Shown here one piece after another: positions 1 through 9,657 of a stretch of 44,382 bases of DNA. This DNA is from a virus. Its lineage: Duplodnaviria; Heunggongvirae; Uroviricota; Caudoviricetes. How positions within the stretch are numbered: position 1 is the stretch's first letter; every line of letters starts with the position of its first letter. The position numbers and the translations under genes are program-made. Below the pieces are notes generated by a model. It was not told the origin of the DNA. It saw only the letters and a program-made list of their open reading frames with translations, and did not search any database. The stretch is from the IMG/VR virus record IMGVR_UViG_2740892015_000011, positions 1 to 44,382 of that record; one strand, given 5' to 3'.

Positions 1-13
1 GGTTTGGGAGAAG
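1..13. repeat. Left recombination (crossover) site, half-site at window edge: GGTTTGGGAGAAG
   Basis: Exact 13-nt identity to the reverse complement of 1803..1815; the window appears to begin at the centre of the site. Confidence 0.5.
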
Positions 14-465
14 GTTCGGCATTACCCGTTGGTGTGCCTGTTCCGTGGCCTTTAGCCACTCCACCAACAGGATGGCTGAAATGTAACGGCGCTCCATTTG
101 CAGCTGAAAATTATCCGAAGCTGGCACTGGTTTACCCCGGTCTTGTGCTGCCAGATCTGCGGGGTGAGTTTATTCGTGGCTGGGATGATGGGCGTGGAGT
201 GGACAGTGGGCGAGCGTTATTGAGTGCTCAGAGCGATACGCTGCAAAATATTACAGGTAGCTTTTTTGATATGACCACGGGGACAAATAATAATACTTTC
301 GGCGCATTTACCTCTTCAATAGTGCAACCAAATCTCACACCAATTGCGATAGGTGGTACATATAAACAGGCGAATTATTATTTTGATGCATCACTTGTTG
401 CCAGAACATCAACGGAAACACGTGCGCGAAATATTGCATTTAACTTTATCGTGAGGGCTGCATAA
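4..465 (+). CDS. Alternate (currently unexpressed) tail-fibre C-terminal variable domain; 5' partial, continues from the crossover site
   Basis: Tail-collar-like motif PVPWPLATPPTGWLKCNG; reading frame runs through the crossover half-site at 1..13, so inversion would fuse it to the constant N-terminus of 1482..2099. Start in the ORF track is a TTG. Confidence 0.6.
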   Translation: MGEGSALPVGVPVPWPLATPPTGWLKCNGAPFAAENYPKLALVYPGLVLPDLRGEFIRGWDDGRGVDSGRALLSAQSDTLQNITGSFFDMTTGTNNNTFGAFTSSIVQPNLTPIAIGGTYKQANYYFDASLVARTSTETRARNIAFNFIVRAA

Positions 466-1067
466 TGGATAACGCTGTATTAAATAGCGAGCTTATTGCC
501 ACGAAGGCGGGGGATATTACCGTCTATAGCTATGATGGTGAAACTCGGGAATATATTTCCACTTCAAATGAATATCTTGCCGTTGGTGTTGGTATCCCGG
601 CATATTCCTGTCTGGATGAACCTGGTATACATAAGGCTGGTTATGCAATCTGCCGTTCGGCAGATTTAAACTCATGGGAATATGTGCCAGACCATCGCGG
701 TGAAATCGTCTATAACACCGAAACGGGAGACGCCAAAGAAATCACAGCTCTGGGTGATTACCCCGAAAATACAACCACTATCGCCCCGTTAACGCCATAC
801 GATAAATGGGATGGTGAGAAATGGGTGACGGATACTGAGGCACAGCATAGTGCCGCAGTAGACGCAGCAGAAGCACAGCGCCAGTCACTGATTGATGCAG
901 CAATGGCTTCCATTAGTCTGATTCAACTGAAATTACAGGCCGGGCGGAAACTGACGCAGGCAGAAACAACCCGGCTTAACGCTGTGCTGGATTACATTGA
1001 CGCGGTGACGGCAACAGATACCAGCACCGCGCCGGATGTCATCTGGCCTGAACTGCCGGAGGAGTAG
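465..1067 (+). CDS. Tail fibre assembly protein (partner of the alternate fibre domain)
   Basis: 200 aa, directly follows a fibre C-terminus; C-terminal ...DAVTATDTSTAPDVIWPELP resembles the C-terminus of the convergent assembly gene (...ELVDTSSAPDIEWPTPP). Same size and arrangement as e14 TfaE. Confidence 0.7.
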   Translation: MDNAVLNSELIATKAGDITVYSYDGETREYISTSNEYLAVGVGIPAYSCLDEPGIHKAGYAICRSADLNSWEYVPDHRGEIVYNTETGDAKEITALGDYPENTTTIAPLTPYDKWDGEKWVTDTEAQHSAAVDAAEAQRQSLIDAAMASISLIQLKLQAGRKLTQAETTRLNAVLDYIDAVTATDTSTAPDVIWPELPEE

Positions 1068-1479
1068 GCCATTCAATATCTGGTGCACTGGAAGTATCGA
1101 CCAGCTCCAGTGCGTCCAGATAATCCAGCCACAAATTATATTGCGCCAGTTCCTCACCTTTCAGACGACCAATAGCCGCTTTACCAGCCCATTGTCTACT
1201 GTTCATATAATCGTTGGCCTGATTAATCAATTGCTGCTTTTTAGTTTCGGCTGATGCAATTTGTTCTTCACGTGTTGGCGGTGGAACATCTGCCCATGCT
1301 GGCATTCCATCGTCTCCGGTAATTCTGTACTTACCGTCAGGCGGCGTATCATGGAAATATTCCCTGAAAATAGCTTCGTCTATATCCACGCCTTTACCTT
1401 CGGGCCATTGGCCTTTTGCAGCGTAAACAGACTGGAGGGCATAAGGGTACGCCAGATTATCAACATACAAATATTTCAT
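1039..1479 (-). CDS. Tail fibre assembly protein (expressed orientation)
   Basis: 146 aa, immediately downstream of the fibre gene 1482..2099; shares a C-terminal motif with 465..1067; the two genes converge and overlap by 29 nt. Confidence 0.7.
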   Translation of the reverse strand: MKYLYVDNLAYPYALQSVYAAKGQWPEGKGVDIDEAIFREYFHDTPPDGKYRITGDDGMPAWADVPPPTREEQIASAETKKQQLINQANDYMNSRQWAGKAAIGRLKGEELAQYNLWLDYLDALELVDTSSAPDIEWPTPPAVQAR

Positions 1480-1481
1480 AA

Positions 1482-2099
1482 TTAACGCCCTTTCGCGTAG
1501 AAGGCTCCACCTTCAAAGCCATAGTTACAATGAGCAACGAAACCTGTTTTCGTCCAGTTAGTTGCGCCCCACATATTCCCACCACCAAAACCGCCGTCAT
1601 ATACAATCACTACGTCTGGCTCCTGCGTAAAAGGAATGGTGAAAGTCACATTTGTAGATACCGCCGCGGCGTTATTCGGGAAATTAATTCTTCCCCACTG
1701 TTCAATTGAACCATCAGGCAATTTTTGCCAGCCAGATCCTGATGAATAAGCTGACATATCAGGTATCTGATTTTCCCCTGTTCCCACATTCCGTTTTGCC
1801 GCTTCTCCCAAACCAAGGTTTGTGAGAGCCGTAGAAATCGCCGCTGCTCCATCTGATTTGATATCGGCAAATGGGTTTGCACGGCTCAGTGTGAGTTTTT
1901 GAATGGCTTTTAAAACCTGAGTCATATCGTTAATGTCGAGCGCCAATCCTGCTGACTCTACGATATGCGCTAACTCTTCCTGCATGGCGTTAAACGCTGC
2001 TGCCCGCAGCCTCGTTGCGGCAATACCACCAGCAACACTTCCATCAGTATATTTGCCATCCTGCGTTGCAGTGGCTTCGACTTGCCCGATTCGGAGCAT
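1482..2099 (-). CDS. Short side tail fibre protein (constant N-terminus plus invertible C-terminal receptor-binding part)
   Basis: 205 aa, Gly/Ala-rich; contains the crossover site at about codon 95; position after the baseplate genes matches e14 StfP. Confidence 0.6.
   Translation of the reverse strand: MLRIGQVEATATQDGKYTDGSVAGGIAATRLRAAAFNAMQEELAHIVESAGLALDINDMTQVLKAIQKLTLSRANPFADIKSDGAAAISTALTNLGLGEAAKRNVGTGENQIPDMSAYSSGSGWQKLPDGSIEQWGRINFPNNAAAVSTNVTFTIPFTQEPDVVIVYDGGFGGGNMWGATNWTKTGFVAHCNYGFEGGAFYAKGR
1804..1829. repeat. Right recombination (crossover) site TTCTCCCAAACCAAGGTTTGTGAGAG
   Basis: 26-bp imperfect palindrome with an AAACC..GGTTT core resembling hix/gix/cix sites; lies inside the tail-fibre gene 1482..2099, about 95 codons from its start, where it encodes LTNLGLGE. 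Confidence 0.6.
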
Positions 2100-2150
2100 A
2101 GTTAATCCTCACTTAGTGTTAAGCGATAAAATCAGAGGGGGAAATATCAG

Positions 2151-2744
2151 TTATGAATAATTGAAAATGATGTTCAGATGGGATGGGGCAATTTTGTTGA
2201 TTGAACACTCCAGTTGTTTATTGCCCCACGATGCGAGCTGATCTCCGCAGTAGGACGCGCCAGCAAGCGAATACTTGATCGTTGTTTGTGGCGCATTTAT
2301 CCGCCAGGTAAATGGCCACTCGTCACCGTTAAGCGCATCACCGCATACTGACATGCCACTCATAGCGGGCCTGAACTGTGTGATAGTGATGGTATAACCA
2401 AGAGCTGCAGCCACCCGGATGTAATAATCGCGGTTCAGGCCGCCGGTGCTGATTAACTTTGCCACCACGGCGCGCTGGCGATCGCTGACGCCACCGGATT
2501 CACCAATCGCACAATCATCTGGTAACCCCAGAGAGCTTTCCCATTCTGACAACATTACCGTCGCTGTAGGGGGAAAAGCACCAGTAATCAGGCTTTGCGC
2601 ATCGTTGTCAGAACGCTGAAACGCGCTGCCCAGTGCCCGTAATACCGCAGCCTGTACCGTTCTTTGCGACCGGGGCCACGCCCTGCCCGTCGGTAGCAGC
2701 GCACCAAGCGCACCGGCATAATCATTTTTTGAAAAGAGGCTCAT
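2151..2744 (-). CDS. Phage tail protein, Mu gp48 / P2 gpI-like (YmfQ-like)
   Basis: 197 aa, immediately downstream of the J-like baseplate gene and upstream of the fibre; family assigned from gene order and size. Confidence 0.5.
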   Translation of the reverse strand: MSLFSKNDYAGALGALLPTGRAWPRSQRTVQAAVLRALGSAFQRSDNDAQSLITGAFPPTATVMLSEWESSLGLPDDCAIGESGGVSDRQRAVVAKLISTGGLNRDYYIRVAAALGYTITITQFRPAMSGMSVCGDALNGDEWPFTWRINAPQTTIKYSLAGASYCGDQLASWGNKQLECSINKIAPSHLNIIFNYS

Positions 2745-3883
2745 ACAAAATTCACCCCGCCAAGCACCGGAATTTCGCCAACAGCAAAGGTGATATTGGC
2801 CGTCGGAGAGTTAAGAATATAGCCCGTCGTGCCGCTAACACCGCCGATACTCCCGTTAATATCAGAGAGGTAAACTTTCCCAGAACCATCAGGGTTAGCT
2901 TCATCAAAAAACAGCGCCGTCAGCGCGTCTTTTATCCCCTGAACTGTGGTGCTGTCGGCATTTTTGATCCCAGAGATTTCAATATTGATGACTTTCTTGA
3001 TCGGGGAACATACGAAAACAATGGCAGTGTCTGTCTGCTGCGGATAGATGTGGTCGGCGACAGCGAGCTGGTCTCCGGTGGCTTTAACAGCCCCCCAGTC
3101 CTCAAGTTGGGATATTCCGTCGGTACCGACCGGAAACCCACCATTGTCATTCCGATCACACATGATATACACGCCAACGGTCCCGGCCCCGTTCAGACGC
3201 CGCTTTACCCACGCGCGGGTGACGCCCGAAACCTCAAGCGCCCATTTTTTATAATCGGCGTCGCTTCCACCCTGAGGCGGATTCTGCCATGCCAGCAAGC
3301 CACGACTGCGAAAATCCTCTTCCGTTTCAATATCGGCTCCGCCGGTCGCAGCGGACAGTAACGTTACCTGTGGATCCACGCCAGCAATATTCGCGTCCAG
3401 GGTCATTATGGTCCCGGCATCAGCGTTACCGCGCGCGCCTCCACCCGTTACATCACTGGTAATATCCGGCAGTATGGCCGTCACCGCGACGATACCAAAT
3501 CCATCTGCCTGAATTTTAAGATCTGCATCCGTCCGGTACTGGTATCCGTCCCCGCGGTTAATGATCGAGCCAACAGGGATAATACAGTCAACACTGCCAC
3601 TAGCCTGTACCGCAGGCGACTTCGCCGCTGCAGCTGGTTTTCTGAATACCTGCTTAAGGGCCATCCACCCGGCGAGATACTCATCGGTAGAGGTAAACGG
3701 GTTTGTCTGCAGGGCAATATAGTCAAGGTAGGCGTAATGCAGATGCCCCATCCCCGCATCCATGTCAGCCAGTACCTTCAGGTTCGCGAAGCGCAGGAGC
3801 GCACCAACATCCTCAAGCTCCGCCTGCATAAATTTCCGGTTTCCGTCGCGGAGTTCGCTCAGCGTCGGTCGTTTAAACGGCAT
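2741..3883 (-). CDS. Baseplate J-like protein (Mu gp47-like)
   Basis: ORF track gives 2741..4021; start moved to the internal Met (MPFKRPTLSELRDG...) at 3883, which abuts the stop of the upstream gene at 3885. Confidence 0.65.
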   Translation of the reverse strand: MPFKRPTLSELRDGNRKFMQAELEDVGALLRFANLKVLADMDAGMGHLHYAYLDYIALQTNPFTSTDEYLAGWMALKQVFRKPAAAAKSPAVQASGSVDCIIPVGSIINRGDGYQYRTDADLKIQADGFGIVAVTAILPDITSDVTGGGARGNADAGTIMTLDANIAGVDPQVTLLSAATGGADIETEEDFRSRGLLAWQNPPQGGSDADYKKWALEVSGVTRAWVKRRLNGAGTVGVYIMCDRNDNGGFPVGTDGISQLEDWGAVKATGDQLAVADHIYPQQTDTAIVFVCSPIKKVINIEISGIKNADSTTVQGIKDALTALFFDEANPDGSGKVYLSDINGSIGGVSGTTGYILNSPTANITFAVGEIPVLGGVNFV

Positions 3884-3884
3884 A

Positions 3885-4322
3885 TTAACGTTGCTCCCAT
3901 ATCCAGTAAAACCTGAATTCCTGCCAGTCCTTCCCCGGTGCCTGATAGCGGATAATGAGATTGAGCCGGTCAGGCAGGACGATCCTTGCAACAGGAATAA
4001 CCTCGCTGACAACGCCATCAACCTTTAACCAGTTGAGCGCTTCACTCGAGTATTCCTCCGCTTTTTTTGCTACATCCGGGGTCAGTTTTTTCCGCCGTAG
4101 CAGCCACAGCCGGGATCCCAGTTGGGATTCCTCCCCGGAATCCCCCCACCAGCCGCGGCGATCGCTATCCTCATAATCATCGTCAGCGCGCGCCAGCCTG
4201 TCGGTAAACAGGCTGTCCAGTATTGCAGTCTGTAAATCATTCCCCGTGGTGAGTTCACCCAGCCCTTTCTGCCAGTCAGCAAACATCTCATCCACATTCC
4301 AGAATGAAGCGATGTCACTCAT
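3885..4322 (-). CDS. Baseplate protein, Mu gp46-like (gpW/gp25-like)
   Basis: 145 aa acidic protein between the V-like and J-like genes; ATGA-type start/stop overlaps typical of a tail operon. Confidence 0.55.
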   Translation of the reverse strand: MSDIASFWNVDEMFADWQKGLGELTTGNDLQTAILDSLFTDRLARADDDYEDSDRRGWWGDSGEESQLGSRLWLLRRKKLTPDVAKKAEEYSSEALNWLKVDGVVSEVIPVARIVLPDRLNLIIRYQAPGKDWQEFRFYWIWEQR

Positions 4323-4903
4323 GTCACCTGATCCTCTGTTTTTTGGCTGCGGATATTGTCATTGCCACTCTGGGCATTTTTAACCACATGATCATGGTCA
4401 TTATGTGCATCCCGCAGCTCTTTCAGTGTTCGGGTATTGGTTTCACAGTTATCAACAATGTCACCCGTGCACCTCAGGATCGGGGTATTTGCAAGGATCC
4501 CCTGGCTGGCATTGATGGTCACGTTAGTGGCGTTATTGACCTCAACATTCTGGCCCTTTGCATCCAGGAAGATCCCCTTCTCCGTCAGGAGAATATTAAG
4601 GCCCCACTGGTTATACATGACCGTTTCGCCCGCTTTCAGGCCTGTATGACGGAACCCCTGATGGTTGGACGCAATTACCACCGCGCTGGAACGATCACCG
4701 CCAATAAAAGCCAGAACCACGTCAGTCCCTGACGGCAGGCCGGATGAAAAGCCAAATTCTGCCATCCGCGGAGCGCTGGCCACCTCCAGCGGAGTCTGGT
4801 ACTGGATAGACTGCACCACCCCACCATCTTTCATAGCCGTGATCCGGCCAATCCCCAGCATGCCGGCGATCCTGGTCGCTGCATGTTTAAATAGTTGCTT
4901 CAT
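4319..4903 (-). CDS. Baseplate assembly protein V-like / spike (Mu gp45-like)
   Basis: 194 aa; size and position between hub and gp46-like genes. Confidence 0.55.
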   Translation of the reverse strand: MKQLFKHAATRIAGMLGIGRITAMKDGGVVQSIQYQTPLEVASAPRMAEFGFSSGLPSGTDVVLAFIGGDRSSAVVIASNHQGFRHTGLKAGETVMYNQWGLNILLTEKGIFLDAKGQNVEVNNATNVTINASQGILANTPILRCTGDIVDNCETNTRTLKELRDAHNDHDHVVKNAQSGNDNIRSQKTEDQVT

Positions 4904-5985
4904 GTATTGAATCCCGCCAGGTTCTGGTAGAAGGCATATGGCTGAACGGAGAATGCTTCAGGCGGCATCAGCGTCATGCGTGCATGGGTGCCGTAGTCAT
5001 CGCGCATATAGGTGACTTCTGCCAGTAGCAATTCAGTCTTCGGCAACCGTAAGGTGGGAAGATCAACGGGGATCAATGTGTTTGGTTCCCACAGTTTCCC
5101 GTCTTTATCCCGCCAGGAATCGATGGTTACCGAGAGCTGTTTTGAACGTCCGTACCGCCGGTTCATTTCCCAGTCGATCGCACTTTGTGCCTGTTGAGTA
5201 GCCATCAGGGTACTTTCCACAATCGATATATGTTTTCGGTACCGCATGCGGGCGGCCTCCGGATCTCTCGCCGTTGCCAGAGTCACAGCGTCATAGGCCG
5301 TATCAGGCGAATACCCTGCAATTGGAGAAACGCTCATTGATACACCGACATAATCTGAAAACCTGTCAGCCATCGATTTGCGGTAGTATGCCTGCTCGAC
5401 ATTTACCCCTTCGGCTATCCCACTTGCCGCACGACGTGTTCCCACCCGGGTCAGTAACAGGTTTCCATCGGGCTGATCGTAGTAAAGCAGAGCAGACCAT
5501 CTGGCCACCCGATCGATGACTTCTTGCGGAGACTCACCCCAGTTCAGAGTGAACTGGGGTACCTTCACAAGTTCATCAACATCCGTGGTTACGGTGATGC
5601 CGTAGTAGGATGCCAGGCGAGAAGCAATTTCAAGCGCATTACTGGCATTGATGACGTTGTTAGGCCACTCGGCTGAGCAATCCACCAGGTCCTGACATTT
5701 GCTCCTGCCCGTGGCGCGGACCTCATGGCGGGAGCGCGATAGTGCGGGTTCCCAGTCATCAACATATCCCGTCAGTGTCAGATCATCTCCGATACGAACT
5801 TCACAAGACATTCCCTCTTCAACGAGTTGACGATCTTCGTTGCCAGGGAAGTAATCCATTAGCCCAAGATCGAAATCAGAGGGAAAACGCTCAATACCCC
5901 GCGTTACCCGGACAGAATCCCACCCCTCGATGATTTTGCCGTCGACCGTCAAAGAAACAACATCCAGATCGCTGTCTGCATTCAT
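4900..5985 (-). CDS. Tail/baseplate hub protein (Mu gp44 / P2 gpD-like)
   Basis: 361 aa; follows the N-like gene; overlapping stops and starts. Confidence 0.5.
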   Translation of the reverse strand: MNADSDLDVVSLTVDGKIIEGWDSVRVTRGIERFPSDFDLGLMDYFPGNEDRQLVEEGMSCEVRIGDDLTLTGYVDDWEPALSRSRHEVRATGRSKCQDLVDCSAEWPNNVINASNALEIASRLASYYGITVTTDVDELVKVPQFTLNWGESPQEVIDRVARWSALLYYDQPDGNLLLTRVGTRRAASGIAEGVNVEQAYYRKSMADRFSDYVGVSMSVSPIAGYSPDTAYDAVTLATARDPEAARMRYRKHISIVESTLMATQQAQSAIDWEMNRRYGRSKQLSVTIDSWRDKDGKLWEPNTLIPVDLPTLRLPKTELLLAEVTYMRDDYGTHARMTLMPPEAFSVQPYAFYQNLAGFNT

Positions 5986-7388
5986 TGCCTCAGTACCTTC
6001 ATGGTTGTCGGCATAAACGCCGGATGCGGTACGCGCGCTTCCTGTACCAGTTCATCTGCACGGGTGGCATCCTGGTATAATCGGTTTGCCAGCGTCAGCG
6101 CCGGAAGCGGCTGAGCGGTAGTAACCTGCAGAAGCTCGCTCAGACCAGAAGCACGCTCACTCATCGTAGAAAGGAATGCCGATCTGACGGCGAGAAGCGC
6201 GTTATACATATCATCGTCCGCGCGGTCTCCAGCCAGAACCAGCGCCGTATCAAGTTGCACAGAAACTCGTTGAGTTAACTCTTCTGCCTCGTCTGTACTG
6301 GCTGGTCTGGAGTCCGCAGCGGCACTGGTCATGGCACCAGTACATAGCACAACAATCAGCGTGTTCATGGTCGCCGAAATCGCTTTGCTGCTGTCGGACT
6401 GCTGGTACTCCGTGCTGATTGAATTAGCCAGTTTTTCCAGCGCTGTGATTCGGTCATTAACGCTGCCGGCGCTGTTAAGAATTGCGTTTACCACGTCGGC
6501 GACGCCCTGGACAAACTCATCAGGTGTGTTGGAGCTGCTAAGCTGGCTCGACCTGTCGGTAACATTTTTCCGGTCCATTACCGACTGGGCTGTTACCTTG
6601 TCAGCCAGTGCTCTCTCATCATCCACATCAGCAACTGACGATTTGCCAGCAACAGCAGAGGAACTACCGCCCACAGAGCCTTTACTGTAACGTCCGTACC
6701 GGGTATTCCCGAACGTGGAGTTCAGGACATTGCTGAGATTCGTGACCTGACTGATGGTGCTGTCAACCATGTTAGTCCAGAACGTGACCGTGCCTCTGAT
6801 GGTGTTTATAGCCTGTGTGACACCGCGGATTTCACTCTTAACTCTGGCAATCGTGCTCAGCACAGCAGTGCTGACCAGTTTCAGATAGTTGGTTTTCACC
6901 GTGGCGCCTGCAACGGTACTGCCCGTGACAGCAAACACTTTAAGCCCTGATTCAATTGCCATCAGGGTAAATTCAAATACTCGCCCGTTCTCCATCGAAC
7001 CGGAAATACGCAAACCATTCTCAGGGATGGAAACCGTTAATTCGCCCAGTGTCGGATGGACAAGCGTACCGCTACCTTTTTGTTCACAGGCTTCAATCAG
7101 TGACTGGCGCTGCGTGATAGCATCGCCGCCGCCGTAAACCTGGCTGTTCTGGATCAAGAAACCGCGAATAACAAATCGCCGTGTTGCCCGCCCGATATCC
7201 TCTATCCAGGCTGTATCACGGTAGGGATATTCATGTACCGCCTGGCGTCGGCCGTGGCTCCCTTCCTCAGCAACAATTGCAAATGGCACACCTCTGAATG
7301 AGCTGGGCCGTAACTGCCCCTGCCAGTCATCGCTGGTATCTCCCCCCAAAAGAGAAGTTATTGCGTCCTGGATAATTGACGGCATCAC
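5982..7388 (-). CDS. Mu gp43 (N)-like DNA circularisation / tail protein
   Basis: 468 aa; first gene after the tape measure in a Mu-like order. Confidence 0.5.
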   Translation of the reverse strand: MMPSIIQDAITSLLGGDTSDDWQGQLRPSSFRGVPFAIVAEEGSHGRRQAVHEYPYRDTAWIEDIGRATRRFVIRGFLIQNSQVYGGGDAITQRQSLIEACEQKGSGTLVHPTLGELTVSIPENGLRISGSMENGRVFEFTLMAIESGLKVFAVTGSTVAGATVKTNYLKLVSTAVLSTIARVKSEIRGVTQAINTIRGTVTFWTNMVDSTISQVTNLSNVLNSTFGNTRYGRYSKGSVGGSSSAVAGKSSVADVDDERALADKVTAQSVMDRKNVTDRSSQLSSSNTPDEFVQGVADVVNAILNSAGSVNDRITALEKLANSISTEYQQSDSSKAISATMNTLIVVLCTGAMTSAAADSRPASTDEAEELTQRVSVQLDTALVLAGDRADDDMYNALLAVRSAFLSTMSERASGLSELLQVTTAQPLPALTLANRLYQDATRADELVQEARVPHPAFMPTTMKVLRQ

Positions 7389-7396
7389 GCCTCCGG

Positions 7397-7426
7397 AAAT
7401 AAAAAAACCGCCATGTCGGCGGTTTA
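7397..7426 (-). terminator. Rho-independent terminator (minus strand)
   Basis: Minus strand reads AACCGCC-GACAT-GGCGGTT followed by TTTTTTT; sits just after the small ORF and before the gp43-like start. Confidence 0.55.
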
Positions 7427-7448
7427 CATATGCACTGAAATGACTTAT

Positions 7449-7697
7449 CTATTTATCGCTGGATCCATTACGGTCAAGAGATTCGGCGATCCTGTAAAGA
7501 TGCTCAGTCGCCTTGAATGAGTTCATTAGGAACTCATAAAGCACACGTAAAAGCAATGCACTTACCACCGATATCGTAATCGCCGTGAAATTCATTGAGA
7601 CAACAGAAAAAACGAGGAAAATGCCAATTACCAGGTAAACAAGCGCAAAAACCTTTGGAGTCTAAATGGCTTTTGCTCCAAAAACTTTTTCATTCAT
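7449..7697 (-). pseudogene. Small membrane-protein ORF interrupted by an in-frame amber codon (moron candidate)
   Basis: RBS TAAGGAAGAAG then ATG at 7697; frame reads MNEKVFGAKAI-TAG(7664..7662)-TPKVFALVYLVIGIFLVFSVVSMNFTAITISVVSALLLRVLYEFLMNSFK...; internal ATG at 7595 would give a 48-aa product. Too short for the ORF track. Confidence 0.4.
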
Positions 7698-7728
7698 AAC
7701 TTCTTCCTTAACGAAATGACGACAGTGA

Positions 7729-9657
7729 TCAGTAATTCATGGCCGTTGTTATTCTGCCATTATTTTCCGCATTATAGGTTTTTCGCTCACCCTTATCATT
7801 AACCATTGTGATTTCGAGCTTAAGTGGTTGTTCTGACATTGCCTCTTTAAGAGACTTAGCCAGATTGTCGCCGAGTACACTTTCATCACTTTTCTTACCC
7901 GTATCACTCAGAATGATGGATTCCCGATTTCTGTTCTGCGAGCCTGAGAGAATATCAGTTTCATCACTCGGGTTACTAAGAGTGCTGGAGTCACGATTTC
8001 CAGTTTGCGAACCTGAGATAATATCATATCGCTGTTGAGCCAGAACTTCCGGGCTACGTAAACCCTTCCACCGATCGTCAATGATGGCCGTCCGGACAGA
8101 ATCGCTCAGTTCATTTTCGGTATACGGCTGTGCTCCGCTTTCATGTTTAATCATTGCTGCCATCAGTGTTTTTAACACATCAGGATCGTGGAGATTAATA
8201 CGCTGCTGCGCTCCAAACCCAGTACTTTTTGATACGGAATCAATATATGCACGAGTATTATTCTCTGATTGCGGAGCATAGGTATGAATAATCCCATCCA
8301 GAGTATTATTCCCCCTGTCACCATACAACATCAGCTGTCTCGCCATTGCAGCTCTTCCGTCGGCATCATTCGCAAAGGTAGAAAATCCGCCATTTTTACC
8401 CGTTGCGTTTGCTGCAGCCCTCAAATTACCGGGATTATTATTTCTGAAGCCAATTGCGTTATTCCTTGTTTCCCCGTAAGGAACATTGCCGCGTGCAACG
8501 TTGGATTGTGGCTGGCTGATAGCGGATAAGTCATTCTGCAATTGAATCGCAGAATCGGTCGCGCGGTAATTCGCATCGTACCGCTTTCTTACAGCATCAG
8601 TCATGAAACCCGCGTCAACCTGCCCACGTTCACTGCGGGGTAAGCTGTTATAAAGTTCCTTATCGTTCTGAATGCGCCGTAGTTTCTCAGCATCATTGCT
8701 GTTGATAAAACCGAGAGCATGAGACAGCCCAGTAAAATCACCATTAGTGAACAGATCGGTAACACCTTCAAGGCCGTCTTTGACTGAACCATCCGAAAGA
8801 ATGGTCTTAAGTGCCTTGTTTTTTGAACGTTGCCACAGACCATCCCAGGATGCGCTGAGCTCATTCATAGTGCCGTTCACTTCACTCAATTGCTGATTTA
8901 GTGCCGGATCCACAGTCAGACCAAATTCATCCGATTTCGCCAGCAGCTTTTTCATGCGCTCACCGTCACGCATTAGCGCCAGCAATTCGGGCGTCAGCCC
9001 AAGTGCATCAGCGGCGGACTTCTGCTGTTCAGGTCGCAAGGTTGGAAAAATTTTTGCGATAGACTCCAGTGTTTTAAGGGTATTTACTGAACCATCGCTG
9101 TTTTTTTGGATTTGAGCACCAATTTGCGCCATCGCTGCCATAACCCCCTCGTTTTTACCACTGGCAGCCTCATTGAATGCTTTGAAAATACCTTCTATTG
9201 ATGCATTAGCGCTCTCGCTGTCTGCCCCAAGAATACGCATTGCCCCGGAAAGTCGGGTAAAATCGTCAACGCGCATTCCCGCATTTTTTGCCGAGACATC
9301 AAGATTATAGGCCTGACGGGATGCCTCCCGAAATCCATAAGCGACCTGTTTCAGTCCGTAGCCGGCAGCACCGGCTAACCCCAGCGCCCCCATCTTCCCC
9401 GTGAGCTCCCCCACCATTTTCAGTGGGGGAACCATGTCGCCAATAAACTGCACGTTATCCCGCGCGCTCTTCGACATATTCTCGAGGCGAGAAATAAAAC
9501 CGCTCAGTCCGTCGGCTGTTTCCTGACCGCCTAACTTGAGCCCTTCTTTAGTTTTATCTAGCTTCGGCTCCAGGTCACGGACAGCCTCATTAATGCGGTC
9601 TATAGCCTCGCTAACCTGGTCGCTGGCCACCAGCTCAAAATCAAAAGAATTACTCAT
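7729..9657 (-). CDS. Tail tape measure protein
   Basis: 642 aa, long helical Ala/Gly-rich protein after the chaperone frameshift region; C-terminal tandem peptide repeat (ISGSQTGNRDSS / LSGSQNRNRESI). Confidence 0.75.
   Translation of the reverse strand: MSNSFDFELVASDQVSEAIDRINEAVRDLEPKLDKTKEGLKLGGQETADGLSGFISRLENMSKSARDNVQFIGDMVPPLKMVGELTGKMGALGLAGAAGYGLKQVAYGFREASRQAYNLDVSAKNAGMRVDDFTRLSGAMRILGADSESANASIEGIFKAFNEAASGKNEGVMAAMAQIGAQIQKNSDGSVNTLKTLESIAKIFPTLRPEQQKSAADALGLTPELLALMRDGERMKKLLAKSDEFGLTVDPALNQQLSEVNGTMNELSASWDGLWQRSKNKALKTILSDGSVKDGLEGVTDLFTNGDFTGLSHALGFINSNDAEKLRRIQNDKELYNSLPRSERGQVDAGFMTDAVRKRYDANYRATDSAIQLQNDLSAISQPQSNVARGNVPYGETRNNAIGFRNNNPGNLRAAANATGKNGGFSTFANDADGRAAMARQLMLYGDRGNNTLDGIIHTYAPQSENNTRAYIDSVSKSTGFGAQQRINLHDPDVLKTLMAAMIKHESGAQPYTENELSDSVRTAIIDDRWKGLRSPEVLAQQRYDIISGSQTGNRDSSTLSNPSDETDILSGSQNRNRESIILSDTGKKSDESVLGDNLAKSLKEAMSEQPLKLEITMVNDKGERKTYNAENNGRITTAMNY

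Larger units (their letters stand above)
1..1829. other. Invertible tail-fibre host-range segment (Gin/Pin/Cin type), shown in one orientation
   Basis: Two convergent tail-fibre C-terminus plus tail-fibre-assembly gene pairs, bounded by inverted copies of a 13-nt sequence (1..13 and 1803..1815 reverse complement) inside a 26-bp hix/gix-like imperfect palindrome. Confidence 0.6.

Noticed and set aside
1646-1882. 78-aa alternative-frame ORF inside the tail-fibre gene
   Set aside because: Shadow frame within the fibre gene, which is supported by the crossover-site reading frame.
2633-3361. 242-aa plus-strand ORF antisense to the baseplate J-like gene
   Set aside because: Antisense shadow ORF; Arg-rich composition typical of GC-rich antisense frames.
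7397-7426. Terminator between tape measure and gp43-like gene as the end of the late operon
   Set aside because: Baseplate and fibre genes continue downstream on the same strand; more likely a moron terminator read through by antiterminated late transcription.
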